Numbered from the stretch's first letter, positions 42,103 to 52,344 are shown. The stretch: 64,000 nucleotides of DNA from Bacteriovoracia bacterium (GCA_050246755.1 JBFWVL010000007.1:39155-103154); one strand, 5' to 3'. Program-made: numbers and translations. The notes: generated from the letters alone by a model not told the origin.

Positions 42103-43418
42103 TATTTCGCTTTCGCCGATTCCAGCATCAGCTGCATGGCTTTGCGGCGCTGAAGCTCGCTGGCCAGCTCTTCCCTGCGGTTCTTATTGTCGTTGTAGAA
42201 TTTTTCCACGGCGTCGGCCTTCTGGCCGCTCTGTTTAATGATTTCCTGGAAGTAGTTTTTAAAATCTTCTTCGGACGCGGTGATTTTTTCTGCCTCCACC
42301 ACTTTGGGAAGGAGCAGTGCAAGCTTCACTTCGCGCTCGGCGCGCGATTTGAAATCCTCGCTGTGCTTGCGCAAGTAATCCTGGATCAAATTATCGCCGA
42401 AGCGCTGCTTGCGGAGTAGGTCCGCCACGTCGGACAGGATCGCCTGTAACTGGCGTTGCACGAGACTGGGGGGAACGTCGGCCGGGTTGGCTTCGAGGAA
42501 CGCGAGTAGGACCTCTTCCTGGGTTTGCTGCTTCTGTTCGGCCGTCAGCTCGTCCTCGAGGGATTTACGGATTTTCGCGCGCAGGTCGGCGGCGCTTTCG
42601 GCCTGTAGTTCTTTCGCGATCTCATCTGTGAGCTCGGGGAAGTTTTTTTGCTTAATTTCGTGGAGGGTCACGGCGTAGACAACTTTTTTGCCGGCCACCT
42701 CTGGGTTTTTATAATCGGCCGGATAATTCACGTCGATTTCTTTGCTTTCGCCGGCCTTCATGCCGATCAGGCCGTTCTGGAAATCTTCCACGGAATTTTG
42801 TTCGCCCACTTCGAGAAGAAAATTTTTCGCGGTCGCATCGGCCACGCTTTTTCCATCGAGCTTGCCTTCGAAATCGATGATCACGGAATTGCCTTTAGCT
42901 ACTTTGGCCTTGGCGTCGAGGTTCACGAGCTCGGCTTTGGGCTCGAGCAGATTTTTCACCACGAGCTCTACGTCCTCCTCTTGGATCTTGCCTTCCTTCT
43001 TGGTTACCGGCAGGCCTTTGTATTTTTTCACCGTTACTTCGGGGATCAAATCCACCTGGGCGGTATACTTCAGCGTCTCGCCTTCTTTCCATTCGTTCAG
43101 GTTGGTTTGGGTGATGTAGGGATCGCTGGCCACGCGAACTTTATGCTCGGTAGCGCCTTTGCGGTAGGTTTCGTTCACCACCTGGTTGAACACATCGTGC
43201 AAAACGTCTTCGTGGTATTTTTTCTTCACGAGATCGAGCGGAACTTTTCCCTCGCGGAAGCCGGGCAGCTTCGCTTTTTTCTGCAAACGTCCAAAGGCTT
43301 CCTGCATCTTCGATTGGATGAGGCTGGCGTGCACGTTCACTTCGAATTCTCCCAAGATAGGGGTCTTCTGCGTGTATTTGATTTCGGGAACAGGTAAAAA
43401 GCTCTGGGTATTATTCAT
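42102..43418 (-). CDS. tig: Trigger factor
   Basis: LPGFREGKVP ribosome-binding signature, FKBP domain, C-terminal chaperone domain. Confidence 0.95.
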   Translation of the reverse strand: MNNTQSFLPVPEIKYTQKTPILGEFEVNVHASLIQSKMQEAFGRLQKKAKLPGFREGKVPLDLVKKKYHEDVLHDVFNQVVNETYRKGATEHKVRVASDPYITQTNLNEWKEGETLKYTAQVDLIPEVTVKKYKGLPVTKKEGKIQEEDVELVVKNLLEPKAELVNLDAKAKVAKGNSVIIDFEGKLDGKSVADATAKNFLLEVGEQNSVEDFQNGLIGMKAGESKEIDVNYPADYKNPEVAGKKVVYAVTLHEIKQKNFPELTDEIAKELQAESAADLRAKIRKSLEDELTAEQKQQTQEEVLLAFLEANPADVPPSLVQRQLQAILSDVADLLRKQRFGDNLIQDYLRKHSEDFKSRAEREVKLALLLPKVVEAEKITASEEDFKNYFQEIIKQSGQKADAVEKFYNDNKNRREELASELQRRKAMQLMLESAKAK

Positions 43419-43480
43419 AGACCGGTAGGATTAGCATAATTCGTTTGTCTTCAAAACTCGTTTTGCTAGACTTTAACTCT

Positions 43481-44425
43481 ATGACATCCTTCCGATTTTC
43501 AGCATTTTTTTGCGGTGCTTCGTTTCTTTTGCTCCTGCTAGCGGGAGGACCGGCTTTTTCCGCCGACGATTTGCCTCCTCCTAGCGACGGTAGCCTCGAC
43601 GAGCTTCCCTCTTCTCCGGAACCGCAAACTCCCTTGGCGGATGAAGGCGAAATGCCGGCCCCATCTTTGGGTGAAGATAGCCTGCCGGCCCCCACGGGAG
43701 GCTCGCTGGAAAGTAGTAAAAATCAGGTAAACGTTTCTGACGCTCCGGATAATATTTATCTGCCTACTCCCGGCGGCAATAGCGAGATTAACTACGCTCC
43801 GATTAGTTCCTACGCCGGAAATTCCAGCTCCACCTACACGGGCAACCCCGACGAATGGAAGTCCGGGATGCAGAACCGCCCGGTATTCAGCCTGGGCGCT
43901 GGCTATGCGATGAGAAACTACGCCACCACCCTCGTTCCCGGCACCACTTCGGGCTTCGGCGTGAACGCTTCCTTGCGTTTGTTCGACCTCGGCCAGACTA
44001 TTTTTCTCCACGCCCTGGGTGGAGCTTCTTTCTTTCAGGTGGGCGACGTGGGCAAGGGTGAAGCGGCCGTCTCCTACAGCGGGGTGAGCGATAAAACCTA
44101 CCATGCCGGAGCAATGCTCGAGATCGGTATCGGCCGCCGCCTTTCTCTCTTTGGAACCGTGATGCGCCGCTGGAACGATATTGGCTTTAATCCCGCAAGC
44201 GGGTTGGCTCTCGCGCAGCGCGATCCAGCCCAGCTGCAATATATCGGGGAAGAGCCTTCGATTAAGCTGGGCATCGGTGGGCAGTATGATTTCTACGTGA
44301 TTCCTCACGGGAGCATCGGCGTGCAAGCCCGGCTGGAACAGGACTATTTTTATCTAGGTCTCTCGATGGCGCTCGAGCCGGCGCCCCGTAAAAAAATGAA
44401 CATGAACTTCGAGTCGCTCCGCTAG
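43481..44425 (+). CDS. Putative outer-membrane protein with a Pro/acidic disordered N-terminus
   Basis: Signal peptide, repeated LP.P motifs, then beta-barrel-like strands. Confidence 0.65.
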   Translation: MTSFRFSAFFCGASFLLLLLAGGPAFSADDLPPPSDGSLDELPSSPEPQTPLADEGEMPAPSLGEDSLPAPTGGSLESSKNQVNVSDAPDNIYLPTPGGNSEINYAPISSYAGNSSSTYTGNPDEWKSGMQNRPVFSLGAGYAMRNYATTLVPGTTSGFGVNASLRLFDLGQTIFLHALGGASFFQVGDVGKGEAAVSYSGVSDKTYHAGAMLEIGIGRRLSLFGTVMRRWNDIGFNPASGLALAQRDPAQLQYIGEEPSIKLGIGGQYDFYVIPHGSIGVQARLEQDYFYLGLSMALEPAPRKKMNMNFESLR

Positions 44426-45300
44426 TAACCCACATTATCCAAAAATAGGCCGTTGGCCGGTGCCGTCATTCCGCCGGCTTTTCTATTTTTTTCCTGCAAA
44501 ATAGCGCTCATTTGTTCGGGAGCGATTCTTCCGCGTCCCACTTCCACCACCGTGCCCACGATGGCACGCACCATCTGCTTTAGGAAACCACTGCCCGTCA
44601 CGCGAATTTCTATAAGCCGCGCCTCTAAATCCGGCCCCGGCATCCAGGGCGGGCTATCCAGGCCCTTTTCATTTCCGTGCACGATCAAGCGCGCTTCGTG
44701 AATTTCCCTCACCGTTGATTTCACCGGCGTGCCGCGATTTTGAAACGAACTGAAATCATGCTCGCCTTCGAGTTCTTTCAGCGCGAGCTTCATCGCTTCG
44801 AGATCGAGAGCATGCGTGATGAACCAGGTATAAGGCCGTAGGAAAGGCCAATGGACGGGATCTCCGCCCCGGTTCGTATTGAGGATGAAATAACGATAGG
44901 TTTTTTGTTCGGCATCCAGCTGTGAATGAAAGTCTTCAGCGCAGGGTTCGAGGCGCAGGATGCGGATGTCTTCGGGCAAATGGGCGTTTATCGCTTTGAT
45001 CAGCACGCTGGCGGGCAGATCCACGGCGGCTCGCAGGTGGGCTATTTGTGCCCGCGCGTGCACGCCCGCGTCGGTGCGGCCGCTGCCGTGAATGATCACG
45101 CGCTTAGCCTTCATCACTTTGCCCGCCGCCTTCTCTAGCATTTCCTGCACTGTGGCCGGGCCATCGGCTCTGGCCTGTTTTTGCCAGCCCTGGTAGTTCG
45201 TGCCCACGTAGGCAATGGCGAGCCGAAAGCTTTTCATTTCGGTTTCTTCGGCGCGCGGGGTTTTGGCGGGTGCTCGCTTTAGGCGGCGCGGTTTTTCCAT
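44422..45300 (-). CDS. truA: tRNA pseudouridine(38-40) synthase
   Basis: Y.GTNYQGWQKQ, SGRTDAGVHA, GEHDFSSF, GFLKQMVR, TAPANGLFL. Confidence 0.97.
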   Translation of the reverse strand: MEKPRRLKRAPAKTPRAEETEMKSFRLAIAYVGTNYQGWQKQARADGPATVQEMLEKAAGKVMKAKRVIIHGSGRTDAGVHARAQIAHLRAAVDLPASVLIKAINAHLPEDIRILRLEPCAEDFHSQLDAEQKTYRYFILNTNRGGDPVHWPFLRPYTWFITHALDLEAMKLALKELEGEHDFSSFQNRGTPVKSTVREIHEARLIVHGNEKGLDSPPWMPGPDLEARLIEIRVTGSGFLKQMVRAIVGTVVEVGRGRIAPEQMSAILQEKNRKAGGMTAPANGLFLDNVGY

Positions 45301-46079
45301 TGCGCTTTCCAAGTGCGGGCGAGATCGAATCCGAGCGAAATCACGATATAGCCAATGAGCAGTAAAAAGGCCGTGGTTTCAAACCAGCTAATCAGCACAA
45401 AGAGGGCCGCGAAAGAAAATGCGATCGGGGTAAAGGGCCGGCGGTGACGCAAATGAATGTCCTTGAAGCTAGGAAAGCGGAAAGTGGAAACCATCAAGAG
45501 GCCCAGCGCCGCCGTTAGCGCCAAGAAAGCGGGATTATGGAGGATCTCGATAGAAAATTCGCGGGCAAAAAAAATCGAAGTGCATACTGCTCCCGCCGCC
45601 ATGGGAATCGGTAGCCCCTGAAAATAACTTTTGGGCAATACCTCGGCCATCACGTTAAAGCGCGCCAAGCGCAGCGCACCGCAAAGCGCGAATACTAGGG
45701 CGGCCACCATTCCGATCCGTCCAAAAGGTTTCAGGGCGGCGTAGTACATGAGAATAGAGGGTGCCACGCCGAACGAGACGAGGTCGCAGAGGGAATCGTA
45801 TTCTACGCCGAATCGTGAGGTAGTATTCGTGAGCCGCGCCACCCGCCCGTCGAGGGTATCGAAAACGGAGGCCAGGAGAATCGCCCAAGCACTGCGCTCG
45901 AAGCGGCCATCCACGGCGGCGATGATCGAAAGGTAGCCGAGCACCAGGTTCATCGACGTGAATAGATTGGGGAGGGCGTATACGTACATGCCTCGCTTGC
46001 GCATGCGCACGAGGGCGCGCAGCTCATCGCGCTGTGCCGGTGGTTTTTCGAAGGGAGGAACCATGCTTTTGGTTAACAC
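45279..46079 (-). CDS. pssA: CDP-diacylglycerol--serine O-phosphatidyltransferase
   Basis: LPNLFT, DTLDGRVAR...FGVEYDSLCDLVSFGVAP, LRLARFN, FQGLPIP. Confidence 0.93.
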   Translation of the reverse strand: MLTKSMVPPFEKPPAQRDELRALVRMRKRGMYVYALPNLFTSMNLVLGYLSIIAAVDGRFERSAWAILLASVFDTLDGRVARLTNTTSRFGVEYDSLCDLVSFGVAPSILMYYAALKPFGRIGMVAALVFALCGALRLARFNVMAEVLPKSYFQGLPIPMAAGAVCTSIFFAREFSIEILHNPAFLALTAALGLLMVSTFRFPSFKDIHLRHRRPFTPIAFSFAALFVLISWFETTAFLLLIGYIVISLGFDLARTWKAQWKNRAA

Positions 46080-46111
46080 AGCCTGGAGATTGGGGCTAGG
46101 GGCAATGGGCC

Positions 46112-46714
46112 TTAGCGGATGAGCTGGCTGAAGGCGGCCGAATCTATTTGCAAACCCTCGAGGGACGCGCCGGGCTGTACTTCGGGGTACATCACGTCGG
46201 AGCTATTGGAATTATGCTGCAGGCCAAGAAAGTGCCCGAGCTCATGTGCAAAGACTTTTCTTTCGCTTGCTCCGAAATTTCCCACGCAATTTCCCACGCA
46301 GAGCCCGGCGCCTGAATTGATCATGATCACCGAAGAAAGCAGGTCGCTTCTTTGGGAAAACACGATCGTCTGAGCCGCGATGTTCTGGGAAAAAGGCCAG
46401 CTGCGCTCGAAGTAAATTACGTTTCCGAATAGGGCATCCGGGCGGTTCGGATCCCCATTGAACGGCGGGAGCTGGCCGGTCCAGGCACCGCGGAAATCGA
46501 ATAGTTTTTTTCCCGCCCTATTTTCCCAGAAGGCCATCGCTTCATTGAAATCGTTGTGGGTAGCGGCGCTGGAGACGATGGCGGGATCGGCGTAAATCGC
46601 CACGGGCAGAGAGGTCCAGCGGGGAGGTCCGCTATTCTCCTTTTTTTTCGAACCGCAGCTTGTGAGCGCTATTGTGCAGAGAAATAGAACTAGTAAACGG
46701 CTTGGCCTATCCAT
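46112..46714 (-). CDS. Matrixin-family metalloprotease lipoprotein
   Basis: LTSC lipobox, HELGHFLGLQH, VMYP Met-turn. Confidence 0.88.
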   Translation of the reverse strand: MDRPSRLLVLFLCTIALTSCGSKKKENSGPPRWTSLPVAIYADPAIVSSAATHNDFNEAMAFWENRAGKKLFDFRGAWTGQLPPFNGDPNRPDALFGNVIYFERSWPFSQNIAAQTIVFSQRSDLLSSVIMINSGAGLCVGNCVGNFGASERKVFAHELGHFLGLQHNSNSSDVMYPEVQPGASLEGLQIDSAAFSQLIR

Positions 46715-46740
46715 GGCAGCCCCCCATCTCTATAGCGTAT

Positions 46741-46756
46741 CGCAAACGAAGGGCCA
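46741..46756 (-). promoter_or_regulatory. sigma54 (-24/-12) promoter
   Basis: Minus strand TGGCCCTTCGTTTGCG = GG-N10-GC. Confidence 0.7.
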
Positions 46757-47045
46757 GCGAGAAGGCTTCAAAATCCGTCTTTTCGGGAAAAATCTTCAGC
46801 AGATCCAAAGGGTTTACGAAAGGCGGCGAGCCAATATTTTGACGCTGCCTAAAATGGTATCGGAATGGCCCGGGTAAATTTGATTCTAGCTGGTCTACTT
46901 GATTGTTGTTTTTGCAGTGATTCGCGCATGAGTTCACGGGAATGCCTTCAGGTGGTATGGATCCGAAACCATTTTAAAAATTTTCGAACGACTACATGCG
47001 GTTAGCCGCTTCCAACAACAATTAAGTGGGCCAGGTCGAATTGGA

Positions 47046-47438
47046 TTAGATGCTGGGACGGCCGAGAATTTTTTCCAGCTGAGCTAGCAAGTCTTTTTGC
47101 TCGAAGGGTTTCACGATCGCTCCCTGAATTTGCGAGGCGATTTTCAGGACTAGGTGTCTATCCAGGTGTCCGCTTACCACGAGCACGGGCGTGCTGGTAT
47201 TGGAGCTGTCTTTGCGGTGACGCACGAATTCTATCAAATCTTCGCCGGTTTCTTCTCCGAGGCGCATATCGAGCAGGATGCACGCATACTTCTGGTTTTT
47301 TAGTTTGAACATGGCCTCGCGGGCGGAGGTTACGCCGGTAGGGCGGTAGCCTTGGCGCGAGAGCGCGGTAAGGATCGCGTTGCACACCTCTACGTCGTCC
47401 TCTACTACTAGTATTTGCTTTGCTTCGTTCTTGGACAT
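47046..47438 (-). CDS. Single-domain response regulator
   Basis: ILVVEDD, ILLDMRL, VSG, KPF. Confidence 0.9.
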   Translation of the reverse strand: MSKNEAKQILVVEDDVEVCNAILTALSRQGYRPTGVTSAREAMFKLKNQKYACILLDMRLGEETGEDLIEFVRHRKDSSNTSTPVLVVSGHLDRHLVLKIASQIQGAIVKPFEQKDLLAQLEKILGRPSI

Positions 47439-47446
47439 CTTTCTGC

Positions 47447-48202
47447 CTACTTCAAGGGGATAAAGGATTTTGTCTTTAGTACGTTAAGGAGCTCGACGAA
47501 GGGCTTACGGCACTCCTCATCAAGGGCTACGAATTCCACGCCGCAGCCACGAGGTTCGGTCGGGCCTTTCGCCGGTTCCCGTCTCCAGCGGACGATGCCG
47601 CGGCCGGAAACGATCATCCGGGGATCTTGCTCTACGGTGATGGCGAAGTCTATTTGGTCTCCCACGGCCGGCAGCTTACCGCTAAACTCCGCGAAGAATC
47701 CGCCTCGGCCGAGATTATGTATTCTCGAAATCGAATGCTCCGAGCCCGTAACGGGCCGAAGCGCGGCGTCCATTTTTACCTCCACCCGCATGGCCTTGCG
47801 GTTGAAGCGGTTTTCGGGTGGTTGAAGGCAGCGCTCCACGGCTTCTTGGAGAGCTTTTCGGTCAAAGGGCTTGGGAAAAACGGCGTCGGCGCCGCGGTCG
47901 TAGGCCTCTTCGAGAGTGATGTCGGCAAAACCCGTAATGAACATCACTACCGGAGAAAACACATTTTTCTTTTTTATCGCTTCGAGCAGCTCGAGTCCGT
48001 TTCCGTTGGGCATGCGCACATCGGAAATCACAACGTCTACGTTGGCCGAATCGAGAACGGTTAGGGCATCGCGTCCGCAGCCCGCGCTCAGGACGTTATA
48101 GCCCTTACGGCGAAAATCGAAGCATACGGCATCGCGGAGGAGTTCTTCGTCGTCCACGACGAGGATCGTAAAATGTTGCGGGGTCCTGAGCGTTCCGTTC
48201 AC
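47447..48202 (-). CDS. Response regulator with a C-terminal PilZ domain
   Basis: REC (VVDDE, SDVRMP, KPF) plus RKAMR...NLGRGG and GCGVEF PilZ motifs. Confidence 0.88.
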   Translation of the reverse strand: MNGTLRTPQHFTILVVDDEELLRDAVCFDFRRKGYNVLSAGCGRDALTVLDSANVDVVISDVRMPNGNGLELLEAIKKKNVFSPVVMFITGFADITLEEAYDRGADAVFPKPFDRKALQEAVERCLQPPENRFNRKAMRVEVKMDAALRPVTGSEHSISRIHNLGRGGFFAEFSGKLPAVGDQIDFAITVEQDPRMIVSGRGIVRWRREPAKGPTEPRGCGVEFVALDEECRKPFVELLNVLKTKSFIPLK

Positions 48203-48414
48203 GTGGGGGCTCTTTCGATGAGAAGCTGGCGGCGCGCTTGCACCATGAGGCCGGCTCTTTTGGTCTGCTCTAGGCAGCGCTGCAATAGCTGCAGCGCTTC
48301 GGCTTGCTCCTCGGGCTTCTTATCTTCCAGCATCATGATGGCATTATCGAGGTTGAGCTGAATGGTGGTGAGGGGGGAGGCAATGTCGTGGAGAAATTTT
48401 CGTTCTTCGTTCAT
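48199..48414 (-). CDS. Stand-alone HisKA (DHp)-like microprotein (71 aa)
   Basis: H-box FLHDIASPL; RBS GAGG before ATG 48414; GTGA overlap with the REC-PilZ gene. Confidence 0.75.
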   Translation of the reverse strand: MNEERKFLHDIASPLTTIQLNLDNAIMMLEDKKPEEQAEALQLLQRCLEQTKRAGLMVQARRQLLIERAPT

Positions 48415-48599
48415 TTCCGTGCCTCGCCTCGATGGTGGGTAGGAAATAAGCATAACATTTTTGGAAAGGGGGGGCGATCCGGCAGCAGGTGAACCGAAGA
48501 AACCTAGATAAAATTACGTGACCAAGAAAAGCAGATGGTTAGGTAAATAGCCAAATATGTCTAGGCTATCACCTAATGAGGTAGGTCGCTTGCCGAAGG

Positions 48600-48998
48600 C
48601 TAGGCCTGGACGGCCTCTTGAGCCGGCCCGCAGAACTTCGTGACCGTGGCCCACAACTCTTCCAGGCGGATCGGTTTTTTGATCGTTCCGTCGGTGTCCA
48701 GGGGAGTGGGGTCTTCCAAGCTTTGGTTCGCGGCCACGGCCGAGACGGTCACGAATTTATGATCCAGAGACGTTTTGATCTTGTCTTTTTCATCGAGAAA
48801 TTCCCAGCCGTTCATCGCGGGCATCATTAGGTCTACGAGCACTAGCGTAGGGGTCGTAGATTCTTTCAGCTTCGTAAGTCCCACTTGGCCATCTTCGGCA
48901 AACTCGGTTTCGTATCCTTCGTCTGCCAGGGCACTTGTGATGGCCTCACGAATATCTTCATTGTCTTCAATTACCAGGATTTTTTTGCACAAGCTCAT
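48600..48998 (-). CDS. Single-domain response regulator
   Basis: ILVIEDN, LVDLMMPAMNGWEFL, VSA, KP. Confidence 0.9.
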   Translation of the reverse strand: MSLCKKILVIEDNEDIREAITSALADEGYETEFAEDGQVGLTKLKESTTPTLVLVDLMMPAMNGWEFLDEKDKIKTSLDHKFVTVSAVAANQSLEDPTPLDTDGTIKKPIRLEELWATVTKFCGPAQEAVQA

Positions 48999-49054
48999 GG
49001 GGACCTTCTTATTACCTATTTTGGTAGACGTTTTCGGTTTGTCGCTAAAATTTC

Positions 49055-49091
49055 AAAAAAATCGGCAAGGCACGTGAGCGCCTTGCCGATT
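49055..49091 (-). terminator. Rho-independent terminator
   Basis: ATCGGCAAGGC / GCCTTGCCGAT stem followed by a T-run on the minus strand. Confidence 0.8.
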
Positions 49092-49122
49092 CGCTTTCCA
49101 GCCTATCGTGGGGCCGAAAAAA

Positions 49123-49251
49123 CTAATGGCCGCGCAGCAAGAAAATGAAGAAGAGCACGCTGGCCGGAACGCCGAGCATCCAAGCCACGAGGTATCCCAC
49201 GCGGCCTTCTTGATTTTTTAGTTGGGCACCAAATTTATTTAAGTGTTTCAT
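49123..49251 (-). CDS. Unannotated 42-aa membrane protein MKHLNKFGAQLKNQEGRVGYLVAWMLGVPASVLFFIFLLRGH
   Basis: Translated by hand; RBS AAGGAG, one hydrophobic W..GVP segment, terminator downstream. Confidence 0.75.
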   Translation of the reverse strand: MKHLNKFGAQLKNQEGRVGYLVAWMLGVPASVLFFIFLLRGH

Positions 49252-49295
49252 GTTCTCTCCTTGAATTTCGTCGTCAAAATTCTGCCGAACCTAAG

Positions 49296-49481
49296 CTAAG
49301 GAATATTTCTTGGGCCACCGCGGCCAGAAACTAAGCTCACTACAAAGCTGATTACGGCGAGTACCAAGAATACGAATAACAGCATGCGCCCGATTTCCAT
49401 GGAAATGCCCGCGATATTGCCGGCTCCCAGGACGATCGCAACCAAGGCTAGAACGAAAAAGGCAATTGCGGCTCTCAACAT
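49296..49481 (-). CDS. DUF1328 (YtjA/UPF0391) small membrane protein
   Basis: MLRAAIAFFVLALVA..LG.G.IAG.S.EI...L.FVFLVL pattern. Confidence 0.9.
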   Translation of the reverse strand: MLRAAIAFFVLALVAIVLGAGNIAGISMEIGRMLLFVFLVLAVISFVVSLVSGRGGPRNIP

Positions 49482-49530
49482 GATCAGTCCCTCTCAAATG
49501 TTTTATCGCTCATTGCGATACTTTCTTTAT

Positions 49531-49546
49531 TGCAAGGGAAGGCCCA
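49531..49546 (-). promoter_or_regulatory. sigma54 (-24/-12) promoter
   Basis: Minus strand TGGGCCTTCCCTTGCA = GG-N10-GC. Confidence 0.6.
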
Positions 49547-49622
49547 CTTTTTAAAGCTCGTGGAATCGGGGGGTTACACGGGAAGGAGTTTTATTTGGGG
49601 CAAAAAAACACGCGAACGGGGC

Positions 49623-50792
49623 TTAAACGGACTGAAGGGAAAGAGCGGGGAGAGGAAGATTCACCACGAAGGTAGATCCTTTGCCTAGCTCGCTTTCCAC
49701 GCGAATTTTTCCACCGTGGCTTTCTACGATTTGCTTACAGATATAAAGCCCTAGTCCCAGTCCGTCGATATTTCTCGAGTTGGCGGCACGCTCAAAGCGG
49801 CGGAATATTTTTTCCTGATTCTCGGGAGCGATTCCATGGCCTTGGTCGCGCACCTCAAGCACGGCGTATGCGCCCTCACGTCGGGCCGCGATTGATATGG
49901 GTTTTCCCGCGGCGTAGCGAATGGCATTGGTAAGCAGGTTAATAATCACCTGCTCAATACGGTAACGATCCCAGTTTCCGACAAGGCCCGGGCAAGAATG
50001 TACGCTGAGCTCGCAGCCCGCCGCGGCAAGCTGGGGGGAAATACGGTCTACGATTTCGTCTACTAGGTCACTTAAGTCTACTGAACTCATCTCAAGTTTC
50101 AGTTTGCCGGTATTAATGCGGGATACGTCGAGCATATCCTCTACGAGCCGGGCTAACCGATCCACTTGGCGGCTAGTATTTTCTACAAGTTTGTATACGA
50201 ATTCCGTATTAGGAATACCGCCTGATTTTTTGAGCATGCGCTGGTTTAGCTGCGTTTGTAGTTTTAGGGAAGTGAGTGGGGTCTTCAATTCGTGGCTGGC
50301 CACCGAGATAAATTCGTCTCGCATCTCGGTAGCGGCCTGCTGCTTTTTTAAAAGCTCTCTTACCTGGTATTGCCGCCGGCGAGCACGGATGGCCACTTGT
50401 ACGGTGCTCACGAGCGTAATGGGACGGAAGGGGCGCTCGAGCAGGGTTACGTTTCCCGCCGTGCTCAGCTCCTTGGAAATCCGTAAACTAGCGAGAGTGG
50501 TTTCTCCTCCGGTAGTCATGAGGATGAGAGGGATATCCGACCACGCGCCCTGCGCCGAAAGAATTTCATTAAGGCGCTGCAGGGAAAGCCGGTTCAAGGC
50601 TTCTTCGGCGATGACCATCGCCCCAAAATCGTTTTTTGCGTATTCGGCCAGGGCATCGATGTTCGCGAACACATCGGCATCGAGATTTTCCTTGCGCAAA
50701 ACTTGAGAAATTAGCGTCGCATCTTGCCCCGTGGGAGCCAAAACCAGGATGGTTTCTGATCTTTCTTTGGCGATGAACTGGGGCAAAGCCAT
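49623..50792 (-). CDS. Cytoplasmic histidine kinase with an N-terminal pseudo-receiver (KaiC-associated type)
   Basis: LVLAPTGQDA...IAEEAL...NVTLLERPF pseudo-REC; ASHELKTPLT, NLLTNAIRY, DQGHGI, GLGLGL. Confidence 0.92.
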   Translation of the reverse strand: MALPQFIAKERSETILVLAPTGQDATLISQVLRKENLDADVFANIDALAEYAKNDFGAMVIAEEALNRLSLQRLNEILSAQGAWSDIPLILMTTGGETTLASLRISKELSTAGNVTLLERPFRPITLVSTVQVAIRARRRQYQVRELLKKQQAATEMRDEFISVASHELKTPLTSLKLQTQLNQRMLKKSGGIPNTEFVYKLVENTSRQVDRLARLVEDMLDVSRINTGKLKLEMSSVDLSDLVDEIVDRISPQLAAAGCELSVHSCPGLVGNWDRYRIEQVIINLLTNAIRYAAGKPISIAARREGAYAVLEVRDQGHGIAPENQEKIFRRFERAANSRNIDGLGLGLYICKQIVESHGGKIRVESELGKGSTFVVNLPLPALSLQSV

Positions 50793-50793
50793 T

Positions 50794-52290
50794 TTACTCC
50801 TCTAGTACCTTATCTAGCGCATTCTTACGCAGAGTGGGAACGCCGGTGAGCACGCCTTGAAACTGTTCGAGTGGCTGCCCGACATTAATGCCATTTTTAC
50901 TCACGGAAAATTCCCGGATGGTGGATTCGTGGGCGCCGCCACGCTTTTTGATAATCGAAACCGCTTTTTTTACGGCGCCGCTGGCCTCAAAGTAGCGAGT
51001 GATCAGCACCGTATCGGCCAGGTAGGTGAGGTCGATGGGCGTGCTCATCATGGCGCCCATTAGCCCTTGCTGGGCTAGCACCATGATCGTCGTTACCCCT
51101 TGGTTTCCTAAAAAAGAAAGCAGCTCATGGAGCTGGAGAATCAAAAATTGCTCCTGGGGCATCGCGTGCATATAACCGTTGAGGCTATCGATGATCACCA
51201 TCTGGGTTTTCTTTTTGATCACGGAATTCCGGATTAAATCGGCGAACTCTCCGGGAGAGAGCTCCGCGGGGTCGATTTTCTGGATCGAGAGCATTCCGCT
51301 AGCGAGGTGCTTTTCCAGATTCATTCCTAAAGAATTGGTGCGCGCAAGAAGAGTTTTGATGCTTTCTTCGAAGGCATAGATAGAAACATGCTCCCCGCGA
51401 TTGCAGGCGGCCATCGCGTACTGCATCGCGAGGGTGGACTTGCCTGTTCCGGCGGGACCCATAAATAAATTACTGGTGCCGCGGTCGAGTCCTCCGCCCA
51501 CAAGCTTATCCAATTCCAGCAGTTCGCTTTTTATCGCGGTTCTCTCGTAGGGGAGCGGGTTCATTTCGGCCACCATGCGGGGAAATACCTTCACGCCGCC
51601 GTGCTCGATGATGTAGTCGTGGTGGCCGCCGGAGAAATGCACGCCCCGGATTTTAACGATATTCAGGCGACGCCGTTCATCGCCGAACTCAGGGTGCAGT
51701 TTCTGCAGGTTGATTACCCCATGCACGATGCTTTGAACCTGAAGGTCCTTAGGGGAGGCGGTGAGGTCGTCGAGCAAAAGAACCGTGCAGTTTTTGGTGG
51801 CAAAAAATTGCTTCAGGGCCAGCATCTGGCGGCGGTAACGCAGCGAGGTTTCGGCCAGCATTCTCATTTCGGAAACGGAATCGAAAACCACGCGCGTGGG
51901 TTTCACTCGGTCCACTTCGTCCATCAGGAGCCGCGCGGTTTCATTCATCTCTACCTCGGCGGGATGGAATACGGTATTTTGCGATTCCGGCTTTAATTGC
52001 TGCTCAATCGCCGATAGTTCCAGCAGAGAAATAGAGTCTAAGTTCCACCCATGAGAGCGAGCCACCGCCTGCAGTTCCTCCTTGGTTTCGGAAAAGGTGA
52101 TATAGAGGCATTTTTCCCCTTTTCGGGCTCCCTCAAAAAGAAACTGGAGAGAAAGCGTGGTTTTGCCGGTGCCCGGCTCGCCCTGCAGCAAATAGAGGCG
52201 ATTGCGCGGAAGTCCGCCCTTTAGAATTTGATCGAATCCGGGAATTCCAGTTTCGCAAATAGTTGGTTTAGTGGCTTCAAGTGTTTTCAT
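50794..52290 (-). CDS. kaiC: KaiC-like double RecA-domain ATPase
   Basis: TGIPGFDQILKGGLP, GEPGTGKTT and GPAGTGKST, KKRGGAHESTIREF; phospho-site region reads LTYLADT. Confidence 0.88.
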   Translation of the reverse strand: MKTLEATKPTICETGIPGFDQILKGGLPRNRLYLLQGEPGTGKTTLSLQFLFEGARKGEKCLYITFSETKEELQAVARSHGWNLDSISLLELSAIEQQLKPESQNTVFHPAEVEMNETARLLMDEVDRVKPTRVVFDSVSEMRMLAETSLRYRRQMLALKQFFATKNCTVLLLDDLTASPKDLQVQSIVHGVINLQKLHPEFGDERRRLNIVKIRGVHFSGGHHDYIIEHGGVKVFPRMVAEMNPLPYERTAIKSELLELDKLVGGGLDRGTSNLFMGPAGTGKSTLAMQYAMAACNRGEHVSIYAFEESIKTLLARTNSLGMNLEKHLASGMLSIQKIDPAELSPGEFADLIRNSVIKKKTQMVIIDSLNGYMHAMPQEQFLILQLHELLSFLGNQGVTTIMVLAQQGLMGAMMSTPIDLTYLADTVLITRYFEASGAVKKAVSIIKKRGGAHESTIREFSVSKNGINVGQPLEQFQGVLTGVPTLRKNALDKVLEE

Positions 52291-52344
52291 TTTGGGTCTC
52301 CGATCTCTTTTTTTAAGGAGGGGCGAAATGGCAAACTCTATAAA

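Noticed and set aside
50794-52290. A true circadian clock
   Set aside because: No kaiA or kaiB in the window and non-canonical phospho-sites; it fits the kinase-associated KaiC-like class
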